Source of the DNA: Candidatus Altiarchaeales archaeon
Lineage (GTDB): Archaea > Altiarchaeota > Altiarchaeia > IMC4 > SCGC-AAA252-I15
Assembly: GCA_014729705.1 (NCBI GenBank)
Contig: WJJK01000045.1
Span: forward strand, 1 to 49,586
Direction of reading: 5' to 3'
DNA: 49,586 nucleotides
Below the pieces are notes generated by a model. That model did not search any database. It had not been told where the DNA came from and was given only the letters and a program-made list of their open reading frames with translations. This document shows, one piece after another, positions 26,166 to 35,109 of the stretch (the first letter of the stretch is position 1; each line of letters opens with the position of its first letter). Made by a program: the position numbers and the translations under genes.

Positions 26166-27233
26166 ATGGATAGAACAAAGCTACAAGAGCTCTTCAAGGC
26201 AACTGCGGCTATCGACACTCCTGAGGGTGTTGAAGCATATAAGGCCTTCGCGCAGGCTTTGACTGTACCTATTCTCCAGGAGATTCGCGATGCTTCGATC
26301 ATGCGTCAGCTGTTCGCTGTTGAGCGTCTTGCCCCTGGTGCGCAGGCAGTCTACCCAGTTGCCGATGACTTCGACATCCCGGTATTCGTTCTTCCGGGAC
26401 TCGGATACATCGCGCAGAACTTCGTTGAGGGTGTAGGTGAGGAAGTGTACGTACCTACTTTCTCCATCTCCGTTTCCGCGGACTGGAAGGTAACTTACGC
26501 ACGCGATTCCCGAATCGACATCCCTGAGCGCTCCGCACGAAACGCCGCTCGTGCTATTGCTGACTACGAAGAGGAGTCCGGTTGGCGAGTAATCGTTCCC
26601 GGTGCTACTACTAACTTCGCTGGTCAGGGCCTACTTGGTCCACGCAATGCTCCGATTTATCAGGTACCTACCGGCCAGACCGGTGAGAAGTTCCTCTCCA
26701 AGGAACTCCTAAACCTGATGATGGTTGGTATGAAGAGGGTACGCCGCTCTTTGACCGATCTTTACATTTCCCCTGAGGATGCCGCTGACATTCGTGAGTG
26801 GACTGATACTCAGGTTGATCCTATTACCCGACGCGAGATCTTCACCGCTTCCGGTATGGGACGCATCTGGAACATCAATCTTCACGAGGTATTCCAGCTC
26901 GGTGCTACTGGTCGATACAACATCAACCAGAACGGTGCTCAGTTCGGAGTATTCCAGGTTGATGGCTCTGGTGACTTCAACGACTATACTCCAACCAACG
27001 TTAACACTGTGGATGCTAACGGAAACGTTACTGCCGCAGGTGAGACTCAGGTCTACGGATTTGACCTCTCCGTTAACGACTCTCTGGTTATGCCTGTCCG
27101 CAAGGAGTTCGAGGCTCACGACGATCCTACTCTCCTTCGACAGCAGAAGCAGGGATTCTTCGGTTGGGAAGAGGTTGGTTTCGCCCTACTCGATTCCCGT
27201 ATGGTACAGATGGGTGTTATCGATCGTTCTTAA
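26166..27233 (+). CDS. major capsid protein (HK97-fold expected)
   Basis: 355 aa with a strong AAAGGAGGA SD, lying after the scaffold and decoration genes and followed by a large hairpin. Confidence 0.7.
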   Translation: MDRTKLQELFKATAAIDTPEGVEAYKAFAQALTVPILQEIRDASIMRQLFAVERLAPGAQAVYPVADDFDIPVFVLPGLGYIAQNFVEGVGEEVYVPTFSISVSADWKVTYARDSRIDIPERSARNAARAIADYEEESGWRVIVPGATTNFAGQGLLGPRNAPIYQVPTGQTGEKFLSKELLNLMMVGMKRVRRSLTDLYISPEDAADIREWTDTQVDPITRREIFTASGMGRIWNINLHEVFQLGATGRYNINQNGAQFGVFQVDGSGDFNDYTPTNVNTVDANGNVTAAGETQVYGFDLSVNDSLVMPVRKEFEAHDDPTLLRQQKQGFFGWEEVGFALLDSRMVQMGVIDRS

Positions 27234-27247
27234 TCGTTGTTCTATTT

Positions 27248-27281
27248 CCCAGAGGGAGGGGCAACGCCCCTCCCTCTTGGG
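27248..27281 (+). terminator. 15-bp GC-rich hairpin after the capsid gene (no U-tract)
   Basis: CCCAGAGGGAGGGGC aac GCCCCTCCCTC(T)TGGG. Confidence 0.55.
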
Positions 27282-27318
27282 AGCCAGGATTGTAGATTCT
27301 ATAACGGGGGAAAGATAG

Positions 27319-30300
27319 TTGCCCAAACCAAACGCACTTCCTACTTATTCAAAGGATAACGTACTTTATGCCGATGAGGGGCTTTCTGATCTAACCCCCG
27401 TCGGTGTTATTATTTCAAGTGGTACGTTGATTAGCGGTGCATTGACTTTCGGCTCTTTGGTCGGAGACATTGACACTGCTAATGGTGCGTTCTCTGAGAC
27501 CTTAACTGTTTCCGGTATACCGGTAGACATCTCTGCTGGTGGTGGTCCTGGAGCGGGAGTTTCTTCTCTGAATAGTCAGCAAGGCGCTATAACCTTGCAA
27601 GGTCAAGGCGGGACTACTATTACTACCGTCGGCCAAACTATAACTATTTCTGGAGCCACAGGTGGAGGAAGCAATGACCACTCTGCCTTGAATAACTTGG
27701 ACTTTGCAAGTTCAGGACACACTGGTTTTGCGTCCGAAGCGGCGCTAACAACCACCAGCGGACATCTACAAAATCAGATTGATGGTATAGATGATCATCC
27801 CCGCTACACAGACGCAGAAGCAGTTTCTGGCACAGAGGCTGCACGGGTCACCCTTTCAGGGCACCTACAGTCGGAAATAGATCTAAACGCTTCTGCTATT
27901 CTGCAACTTGACGGTGAGGTTGGGGCTCTCGATTCCGAACTGGTTACGGTTAGTGGTCATCTACAGGATCAGATAGATAATCTGCCAGCATCTTCGGGTA
28001 CAGCAGCTTCCGTTAATGCGCTTCAGGGTAGTGATGGTATAACCGTAATCTCCGGTTCTAATGTAGATACTATCCAGGGTTTCCGTCCTGAGTTTATTGC
28101 AGCTTCAGGTTCTCTACAAACACAAATAGATTCAATAGATACAGGAAGTTCTACAGGCGGCAAAGCTCTTGTAGGCTCTGATGGCATTACGGTAGTTTCT
28201 GGGTCTAACCAAGTAGATATTCAAGGTTTCCGTGGAGAATTTGTGAGTGCTTCGGGGACCTTACAGTCCCAGATAGATAGTAACAGTTCTGCGACTTCAA
28301 TCAACACCTCTAACATTGCAGATAATACCTCGCAGATACTTACTACTTCAGGGCATCTTCAAAACCAAATAGATTCTATCCAAATAGACGAACTTGAGCC
28401 TGCTATCGTGGGTCAAGACGGCATAACGGTAACCAGCGGCACTAACACGACTCTTACCGGGTTTAGGCCCGAATTTGTTGCAGCATCTGGGTCTCTTCAG
28501 TCCCAGATAGATTCCCTTGGGGCATCTGAGTTAGATACTGCTATAGTTGGTTCAGACGGTATAGCTGTAGTCTCGGGTTCTAACGAAGTAGAAATACAAG
28601 GTTTTCGAAATGAATTTGTAGCCTCTTCTGGTAGTTTACAAAACCAGATTGATAATCTGGATGACATTTATGCTACCGATGCCGAACTTGTATCTGTTTC
28701 TGGGCATCTCCAATCTCAAATAACAGGATCAAGTGATTTACAATCAGCTTATGATGCTGGGGACGGGATAATCACTACCAGCAGCGGCAAGCCCGCGGAG
28801 CTGGATGGCACCGGAGAGTTGGTTGCTGTCACTGGGACCTTCACTCAGGGCTTAACTATTGGTTCTACTTCCGTTGACATCTATGAGAACTCAATCACAA
28901 TAGATGGGGACAGAGTAGTAGTTGAACCTGATTTCGTCTCTGCTTCAGGGTATTTGGACAGTCGTATTACCTCCATGGATCCTAATGGTATTAGTTTCAA
29001 AGGGGCTATTGTTTCTAAAACTAACAACCAGAATCTCCCCAGCGGCGCTAATACCCCTGTTAACTTTCAGTCTGTACAGTATGATCATGGGGGTTGGTTT
29101 GACGCTTCTCAGCCAACCCGTTTCACGGTACCTTCGGGTGTTTCCCGGGTAGTAGTTTTTGCTAATGTTAGCTTGGAAAATAGTGGGGCTACGGGTAAGC
29201 AGCAGGTTAAGATTACCCGTAATGATCAATTTGGGCAGCCCGGATTTCCTATTGCAGGACACGCTCAGGAGACCAGCTCGTCAGATGATCTTTATAATGT
29301 TTGCACTGCCCCGATAGAAGTAACTCCCGGTGACTACTTTGAAGTTCAGGTATTTCATAATCAAGGGGCGGGGATCGATGTTTTTGGGACAGGAAATACC
29401 TGGTTTGGTATTGCCGCAGACAGGACTGGGTTTGAGATTCCTCTGGTTGGTGCTGGCAACGTAACCGTAGTTTCAGGTACTGACGTTATCACTATTTCTG
29501 GCAGCGGTTCTGGAGGAGGTGATCTAACCGATGCCATCGTGGGTGCCGGTGGAAACACCGTCATCTCTGGTTCCAACACAGTCACTGTATCTGGATTCCG
29601 CGATGAGTTTGTGTTGGCTTCTGGCTCTCTACAAGGCCAACTAGACTCTCACACGGGCGATGCAACGCTTCACTTCACTGAAGCCAGCATCGACCACACG
29701 AACATTCAGAACGTAGGTAGTAATACCCACGCCCAGATTGATTCGCACATCTCTGATAGCACCATTCACTTCACCGAAGGCTCTATCGACCACGACAACA
29801 TCCAGAACAACGGGTCGAACAGCCACGCGGAGATCGATACACACCTCGCGGCTCTGGCCACCAGCGGAACTACTAATGCTTCTAACCTTTCCTCACACAC
29901 CGGGGACTCCACCATCCACTTCACCGAAGGTTCCATCGACCATGGCTCTATCTCCGGGCTTGGGGATGACGACCATACCCAGTACACGCGCGCGGATGGA
30001 ACTCGGGCGTTTACTGGTGACCAGAGTTTCGGAAGTAACAACATTACCGATGTGGACACTCTTTATGCCACTCTTATCAGCGGCTCTGAAGATGCCACCC
30101 TGGGAGACGCGGGTTTCGAGGGAGACGGGGTAGTAATCGATGGTACTCTAAGACGCTCAGTTCTGAAGTCCTCGGACATAGGAAGCAACCGTCTGATTTT
30201 GATACACAAGCATAGGCACGATACAACCTTCCCTCCAGCAGAAGCATTCTCCCGCTCTAATACAGACGACAATTCTCACGCTGCGGTGACTAACGGGCAA

Positions 30301-32844
30301 GCCCTTGGCCGGGTTTACTACACCGGTTATGCAGACACTGGTTACGAAGTCGCCGGAATGACCGAAGTTACGGTAGATGATAGCGGTGCTATTTCAGATT
30401 CGTCGATGCCCGGTGTCTTCAACGTCCGGCTGAACGATAACGGTAGTGCTGCCGTAAATCCTCCTGTTGTTGTCTCCGTTTCTGGTAGTGGAGGTATGGG
30501 TGTTGCCGGCGGGATTACTGCCCAGTCAGCGAACATCGGAACCGGTACCTTCACCGAATCTCTGACCATCTCTGGTGTTGCTGTCGACATCGCAAGTGGA
30601 GACGTCACGGACTACGGAGCGACTGGAGATGGCGTAACAGACGATACAGCAGCCATCCAGGCCGCTATGGACGCAGGGGGCGTTATAGTTGTACCATCGG
30701 GTGTATATTCTATAAATCAGGTAGATGTTACTTCCAAGGTAGACGTACGCGCATCTTCAGGGGCCGTCTTCCGGCAGCGCAGCACTGGAGATGAGAACAT
30801 CGCTTGTATCCGGTTTACCACAGGCTCGGACGGCTCGACGTGGGACGGAGGACAGTTCGACGGTGACGCCAGTACCCATGCTTCCAGCTACACGGGCAGC
30901 ACCGAGACCAACAAGCGCGTGTGGACTGGCATTCGGGTGGACGGGGCACCCGCGAATCTCCGCTTCCGCAACATCCACATGTACGACTTCCTGATGAGCG
31001 GCTTCTGGCACCAGAACGCTAACCAGACAGTGTGGGAGAACATTCTTATCGAGCGGTGCGGGAAGGCATTTATTTGTCAGAGAAACGATAGCGGAAGACT
31101 TGCCAACATCGTCTGCCACGAGATTCAAAACCGTAATAAAGCCATCTTCCAACACGCGATTGAGATTCGCGATGCCACCAATCTCACCGTGCTCGACATC
31201 GTCGTCACCGACTTCCAGCCGGACAACGCTGGTGTGGAGCCCACTCCCGGTGCGATTGCGTTCGAGCGGATGCGAGGTATGACTGCAGTCGGCCTCTCCG
31301 CCGACGGGTTTTCCGGGTCGGGCAAAGCAGGCATCGGATTCATTATCGACACCCTCGAGAAATCGAGCGTGACCGGCTTGCTGTGCCGGGACGGTTACGA
31401 GTCGGCTGCAACGGTCAACACATGCTGGGATTCCGCCATCGACCACTTCCACTTTGATCTGGCCTACGAGGACACCATCGGAGGAGGTGCCGAGGGAATC
31501 CGGATTCGAGGAGGAGGGCTCTTCCCGGCTATCGGAGACGGCACTGTGTCTGAGAACGCGAGGGCCAACGAGGGATGTAGGAATTTGCGTCTGTCGAATG
31601 GTCTCGTTATGCGTGCCGTGGGGCAGGGCTACCTGGTGCAGTCAGGGTTTGTGCAGTTCGTCAACTGTCACGCTCTGGGAAACACGCTGCACGGGTTCCA
31701 AAGCAATGAGAACTTGACGGGTGTGGGGACTTTCTCTGGCGGCAGTGCCGTCCCAGTAACTAACGTAGATTTACTGGGATGTTCAGCCACTTATAATGGG
31801 CTTACAGGCTTCTTTGTAGAAGAAGGCGCAAGTATGCAAATCATCGGAGGTTCCTATTCCAATAATGGTAGTGACACCACCGGAGGAAACCAGAGAGCCG
31901 GGATTAGATTACAAAATGCCTCTAAAATTCGCATCGTGGACGCAGATCTGGGCGACACCCAGGACTGGGCGACTAAGAGCCCCGGAGCCTCGTTCGAGCC
32001 TGGCAGCACCACCAACAACCAATTTGATTTGAGTTTGGTAGACCCCAGCTTTGTGCAGGTTGGCCAGTATCTGGTGCTCAAGAATGCCGATGGTTCTGGA
32101 GACGTGACGGCTAAAGTAATAGATAAGCGCAGAGATGACATTACGGTGGAGACATCAAGTCCAGTAACTTTCTCTGCTACGGGCAACACTTCTGCCCTAA
32201 CAGGCACTATTTCTACCACCGGCGTAACGGTTAATGGGACATCGACCGCCTTTCTAACTGAATTAACCGGAAGGACTTATATTGTCAACGGCGGCAACTA
32301 TCGACGTGTGATTCGGGTTAACTCAGACACTAGTGCCGTCATCGAAGAGGCGTTTCCGTCCGACCTGTCCGGTGCCAGCGTCTCCAAGCTGGAGATTGAC
32401 GTGGACCCCTCTTCTAACAATCGCCAGCAATTTGGGATTAGGATGGAAACTGCTGCTTCGGGGATTTATGTGCGGGGTTTGTATGGGGAGGTTTCTAACA
32501 CTTTCTGGAACTTCGCTGCTACCGCAGACCAGGGACTTGAGGCTGGGTCGGAGGTGCTCGGAACTGTAAGGCAGGTAGCCTCCGCTTCTTCGATGTCTGT
32601 GCCTAAAATACAGAACGGTTTTTTCCGGGTTACTGGAACCAACTCAATACAAACTATCCCTGCCCATCCTGAAGGGTCTCAGATTACTCTGTTGTTTAAT
32701 TCTACTGCTGATGTTGAACATAATGCCGGTAACATTTTGCTCCAGGGTGCCTCAGACTGGACCACTATATCCACCAACGATACTCTCACGCTCATAAGCG
32801 ATGGTGTGAACTGGGTTGAGGTGGGACGTTCCGACAATTCTTAG
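27319..32844 (+). CDS. giant mosaic fibre/tailspike protein (repeat stalk, C1q-like domain, His-repeat segment, pectate-lyase-like beta-helix)
   Basis: TTG start. About 10 SG[HS]LQxQID repeats. DVTDYGATGDGVTDDTAAIQAAMDAGGVIVVPSGVYSI is the typical N-cap of right-handed beta-helix depolymerases. Confidence 0.8.
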   Translation: MPKPNALPTYSKDNVLYADEGLSDLTPVGVIISSGTLISGALTFGSLVGDIDTANGAFSETLTVSGIPVDISAGGGPGAGVSSLNSQQGAITLQGQGGTTITTVGQTITISGATGGGSNDHSALNNLDFASSGHTGFASEAALTTTSGHLQNQIDGIDDHPRYTDAEAVSGTEAARVTLSGHLQSEIDLNASAILQLDGEVGALDSELVTVSGHLQDQIDNLPASSGTAASVNALQGSDGITVISGSNVDTIQGFRPEFIAASGSLQTQIDSIDTGSSTGGKALVGSDGITVVSGSNQVDIQGFRGEFVSASGTLQSQIDSNSSATSINTSNIADNTSQILTTSGHLQNQIDSIQIDELEPAIVGQDGITVTSGTNTTLTGFRPEFVAASGSLQSQIDSLGASELDTAIVGSDGIAVVSGSNEVEIQGFRNEFVASSGSLQNQIDNLDDIYATDAELVSVSGHLQSQITGSSDLQSAYDAGDGIITTSSGKPAELDGTGELVAVTGTFTQGLTIGSTSVDIYENSITIDGDRVVVEPDFVSASGYLDSRITSMDPNGISFKGAIVSKTNNQNLPSGANTPVNFQSVQYDHGGWFDASQPTRFTVPSGVSRVVVFANVSLENSGATGKQQVKITRNDQFGQPGFPIAGHAQETSSSDDLYNVCTAPIEVTPGDYFEVQVFHNQGAGIDVFGTGNTWFGIAADRTGFEIPLVGAGNVTVVSGTDVITISGSGSGGGDLTDAIVGAGGNTVISGSNTVTVSGFRDEFVLASGSLQGQLDSHTGDATLHFTEASIDHTNIQNVGSNTHAQIDSHISDSTIHFTEGSIDHDNIQNNGSNSHAEIDTHLAALATSGTTNASNLSSHTGDSTIHFTEGSIDHGSISGLGDDDHTQYTRADGTRAFTGDQSFGSNNITDVDTLYATLISGSEDATLGDAGFEGDGVVIDGTLRRSVLKSSDIGSNRLILIHKHRHDTTFPPAEAFSRSNTDDNSHAAVTNGQALGRVYYTGYADTGYEVAGMTEVTVDDSGAISDSSMPGVFNVRLNDNGSAAVNPPVVVSVSGSGGMGVAGGITAQSANIGTGTFTESLTISGVAVDIASGDVTDYGATGDGVTDDTAAIQAAMDAGGVIVVPSGVYSINQVDVTSKVDVRASSGAVFRQRSTGDENIACIRFTTGSDGSTWDGGQFDGDASTHASSYTGSTETNKRVWTGIRVDGAPANLRFRNIHMYDFLMSGFWHQNANQTVWENILIERCGKAFICQRNDSGRLANIVCHEIQNRNKAIFQHAIEIRDATNLTVLDIVVTDFQPDNAGVEPTPGAIAFERMRGMTAVGLSADGFSGSGKAGIGFIIDTLEKSSVTGLLCRDGYESAATVNTCWDSAIDHFHFDLAYEDTIGGGAEGIRIRGGGLFPAIGDGTVSENARANEGCRNLRLSNGLVMRAVGQGYLVQSGFVQFVNCHALGNTLHGFQSNENLTGVGTFSGGSAVPVTNVDLLGCSATYNGLTGFFVEEGASMQIIGGSYSNNGSDTTGGNQRAGIRLQNASKIRIVDADLGDTQDWATKSPGASFEPGSTTNNQFDLSLVDPSFVQVGQYLVLKNADGSGDVTAKVIDKRRDDITVETSSPVTFSATGNTSALTGTISTTGVTVNGTSTAFLTELTGRTYIVNGGNYRRVIRVNSDTSAVIEEAFPSDLSGASVSKLEIDVDPSSNNRQQFGIRMETAASGIYVRGLYGEVSNTFWNFAATADQGLEAGSEVLGTVRQVASASSMSVPKIQNGFFRVTGTNSIQTIPAHPEGSQITLLFNSTADVEHNAGNILLQGASDWTTISTNDTLTLISDGVNWVEVGRSDNS

Positions 32845-32853
32845 TAGTTGCTT

Positions 32854-32893
32854 CTGTTCTCGGTTGCAGTTATTGAGAACAGTTGTTATTATT
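32854..32893 (+). terminator. intrinsic terminator
   Basis: CTGTTCTC (32854-32861) pairs with GAGAACAG (32875-32882), followed by TTGTTATTATT. Confidence 0.6.
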
Positions 32894-33183
32894 ATATTGA
32901 TAAATTTCTTGTGGGGCATAAGAGCAAGGAGATAAACTACGGTAAAAGAATACCTTGTAGTTACAAGTGGAGGTCCTTTAAATCAGGACCAACTAAAACG
33001 GGCGCGCCGGTAATGATTGGCTATTAGAGCGGTTCATTCAATCTGAAGATGGCTTAGTCTGGTATCATATTTTCCATAAGGGTTCAGGGGTTTAATCATC
33101 GCCAGGGAGTGGTTTAGTCCTAGGCAGAAACTGAAGTCTCCCCGCTTCATACCACTCTCTGGCCCAAGGTTAGGAGATTTATT

Positions 33184-33528
33184 ATGGCATTCTATTTGTT
33201 TGTACTTTTGGTTGTAAGTTTTGCTGTTGAGGCATTAACAGAAATAGTAATCAAGTCTGAGGTCTTTCGTCCCTTTAGGGAGCTTATTTTCAAGTTAGGG
33301 CCCTTTTTCCAAAAGCTGTTTACTTGCGGCTATTGTTTTTCTGTGTGGGTGGCTCTGGCGGCTGTGTCCGCCGTGCCAGATCTTGTATTGCCATTATCAG
33401 GTGTTTTTGGTGTCAACATGCTGCTAACTATTTTGGTGGTACACCGACTTTCCAATGTAATACACAACGTTATCGATAAGTGGACAGATAAGTACTACAG
33501 TATGTCTCATGTAAATAGTGGAGATTAG
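33184..33528 (+). CDS. multi-pass membrane protein (DUF1360-like TCGYCFSVW motif)
   Basis: Three hydrophobic segments. FTCGYCFSVWVALAAV resembles the DUF1360 signature, recalled from memory. Confidence 0.6.
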   Translation: MAFYLFVLLVVSFAVEALTEIVIKSEVFRPFRELIFKLGPFFQKLFTCGYCFSVWVALAAVSAVPDLVLPLSGVFGVNMLLTILVVHRLSNVIHNVIDKWTDKYYSMSHVNSGD

Positions 33529-33549
33529 GTTTAAGGAAAGGAGTTAATC

Positions 33550-34134
33550 GTGGAAGGTTTTATACGGAATGAAACAGGAAGGGCAGTTTTCAAGCTTCAA
33601 AGACCTCTTCCTCCCGGATCTGTTCTTAAGTTGGAGGATGCCTACATGATTGTAGGTGAAAAGAGTGGGAAAAATAGAGGCATGGCCTTTGTTAAGTGGC
33701 TCAAAGAAAACGTTTTTCGGGAAGAAGGCTGGGTTTTCTACAAGGAAGAAGGAGTTCCTTACTCCGTTGGTTCTCAGGCTAAAAAAGCCCGTAAAGTGAA
33801 CTCTTCCAGAGTAGAGAAGTCTGTTTCAGAAGAAGAAAAGGTGGACGGTGTTGCTGCTGGTGGTGAGCCTGTAGAAGAAGCCTCTCCTAAAAAGGAGCGC
33901 GTGTCTCCTTCCCGGGGCGCAGGCCGTAGATTAGTTAGAAAGAACAAGAAGATCTCTAAGAACAATAACACCGCTGCTTCCATAATCGATGCCGATGCTG
34001 CGCAGGCCCGTCGTATCGTTAGCAAAGTAAAGGACCGGTCAGTTCTCAAGAAGGCTCTCGCTCTGAGCAACCATTTCGCAAATAAGGAAGAGCATCGTCG
34101 CTTGATTCAGAGGAGACTCGAAGAAGTTTACTAA
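33550..34134 (+). CDS. hypothetical basic protein
   Basis: GTG start after AAAGGAG. 194 aa. Confidence 0.45.
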   Translation: MEGFIRNETGRAVFKLQRPLPPGSVLKLEDAYMIVGEKSGKNRGMAFVKWLKENVFREEGWVFYKEEGVPYSVGSQAKKARKVNSSRVEKSVSEEEKVDGVAAGGEPVEEASPKKERVSPSRGAGRRLVRKNKKISKNNNTAASIIDADAAQARRIVSKVKDRSVLKKALALSNHFANKEEHRRLIQRRLEEVY

Positions 34135-34152
34135 AGGAGGAATTTCGTATAA

Positions 34153-35109
34153 ATGTCAGTCCTCAAGCCTATCATTGATAGCATTGTCAATGGTACTTTG
34201 ACGATTACTGCAACGTCACCCTCGGCCGTGGGGACGATGTTTGATAAGATTCAGATCTTTAGGGCTACTTCTGTAAATGGTCCCTTCAGTCTTATAGCCA
34301 CTATAGATTTTTCTTCTCCTGCAGCCTACTGTGATTTAACCAGTACTCCTAAACTTTATTACAAAGCTCAGTATTACAATAGTACCACTATGGTTTCCAG
34401 TACGTTTTCTGATGTGGCACAGGAAACTGGTGTATTCTCCGAGTATAGCGTACCGGAAAGCACGGCTACCTATCCGCCAGAGTTGGCTCTTTCTGACAAC
34501 GATAGGGAAATCGTTGAGTCTATAAGGATAACCGTAGGAGATAGCGGTCTGATAGAGCGGGATCTTTACGATTCTTCTGACCCGCAGTCGGCAGCTGCTT
34601 GCGCTGCTAATATAGACCCAGCTGGTTGTACTTGGGAGTTAACAGAATGGAAAGGTTGGCCACAAAAGGTAGTTCTTAATGGGGAAGAGAAGACCAACAT
34701 CAACGACCCTCAGGTACTTGGTTATCGCTACCTTGTTTTTAGTGGTTCTGGGCCGTGTATTACAGGCTCTTTAGACGTTTTCTATAACCACTTCCGCTTC
34801 TCCGATCGTGAGATTTTATTGGCTTACGATCGGGCCAGAAATCTTTTGATTACTTGTGGTTTGCCGGAATCTAAGGTTACGACAGAGATGCGTATAATGC
34901 AGGCTGCCATTCTTCTTCTTGAAGGAGAGATTAGGGAGCTGTCTCAAAATGCGTTCCGCATTGTGGATGGAGATACTACCTATGATAATAGTGCTACCAT
35001 TCGTTCCCGAACTACTGATTTGGAGGACCTCAAGAGAAAGATTGACAGACTGATTGAATGTGCTCGCTATGAAGCGGCGTACGACATCCAAGGTTGTAGG
35101 ATAGACTAA
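34153..35109 (+). CDS. hypothetical virion-module protein
   Basis: 318 aa, with an AAAGGAGGA SD. Confidence 0.5.
   Translation: MSVLKPIIDSIVNGTLTITATSPSAVGTMFDKIQIFRATSVNGPFSLIATIDFSSPAAYCDLTSTPKLYYKAQYYNSTTMVSSTFSDVAQETGVFSEYSVPESTATYPPELALSDNDREIVESIRITVGDSGLIERDLYDSSDPQSAAACAANIDPAGCTWELTEWKGWPQKVVLNGEEKTNINDPQVLGYRYLVFSGSGPCITGSLDVFYNHFRFSDREILLAYDRARNLLITCGLPESKVTTEMRIMQAAILLLEGEIRELSQNAFRIVDGDTTYDNSATIRSRTTDLEDLKRKIDRLIECARYEAAYDIQGCRID

Noticed and set aside
26779-27318. A 179-aa + strand alternative-frame ORF overlapping the capsid gene's 3' half.
   Set aside because: Its translation is Leu/Ser/Thr-rich, it has no SD, and the capsid frame is clearly the coding one.
30757-31452. A 231-aa antisense ORF and several 60-130-aa alternative-frame ORFs between 29.7 and 31.7 kb.
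   Set aside because: They fall in the GC-rich island, where stop codons are rare in all frames. The + frame of the fibre gene is continuous with recognisable beta-helix motifs.
32845-33183. A possible tRNA or small ORF in the 339-nt gap.
   Set aside because: I could not fold a cloverleaf, and neither strand has a GTTCRANYC-type T-loop with a matching acceptor stem. Only 2-4-codon ATG ORFs are present. This needs tRNAscan/Rfam to be certain.
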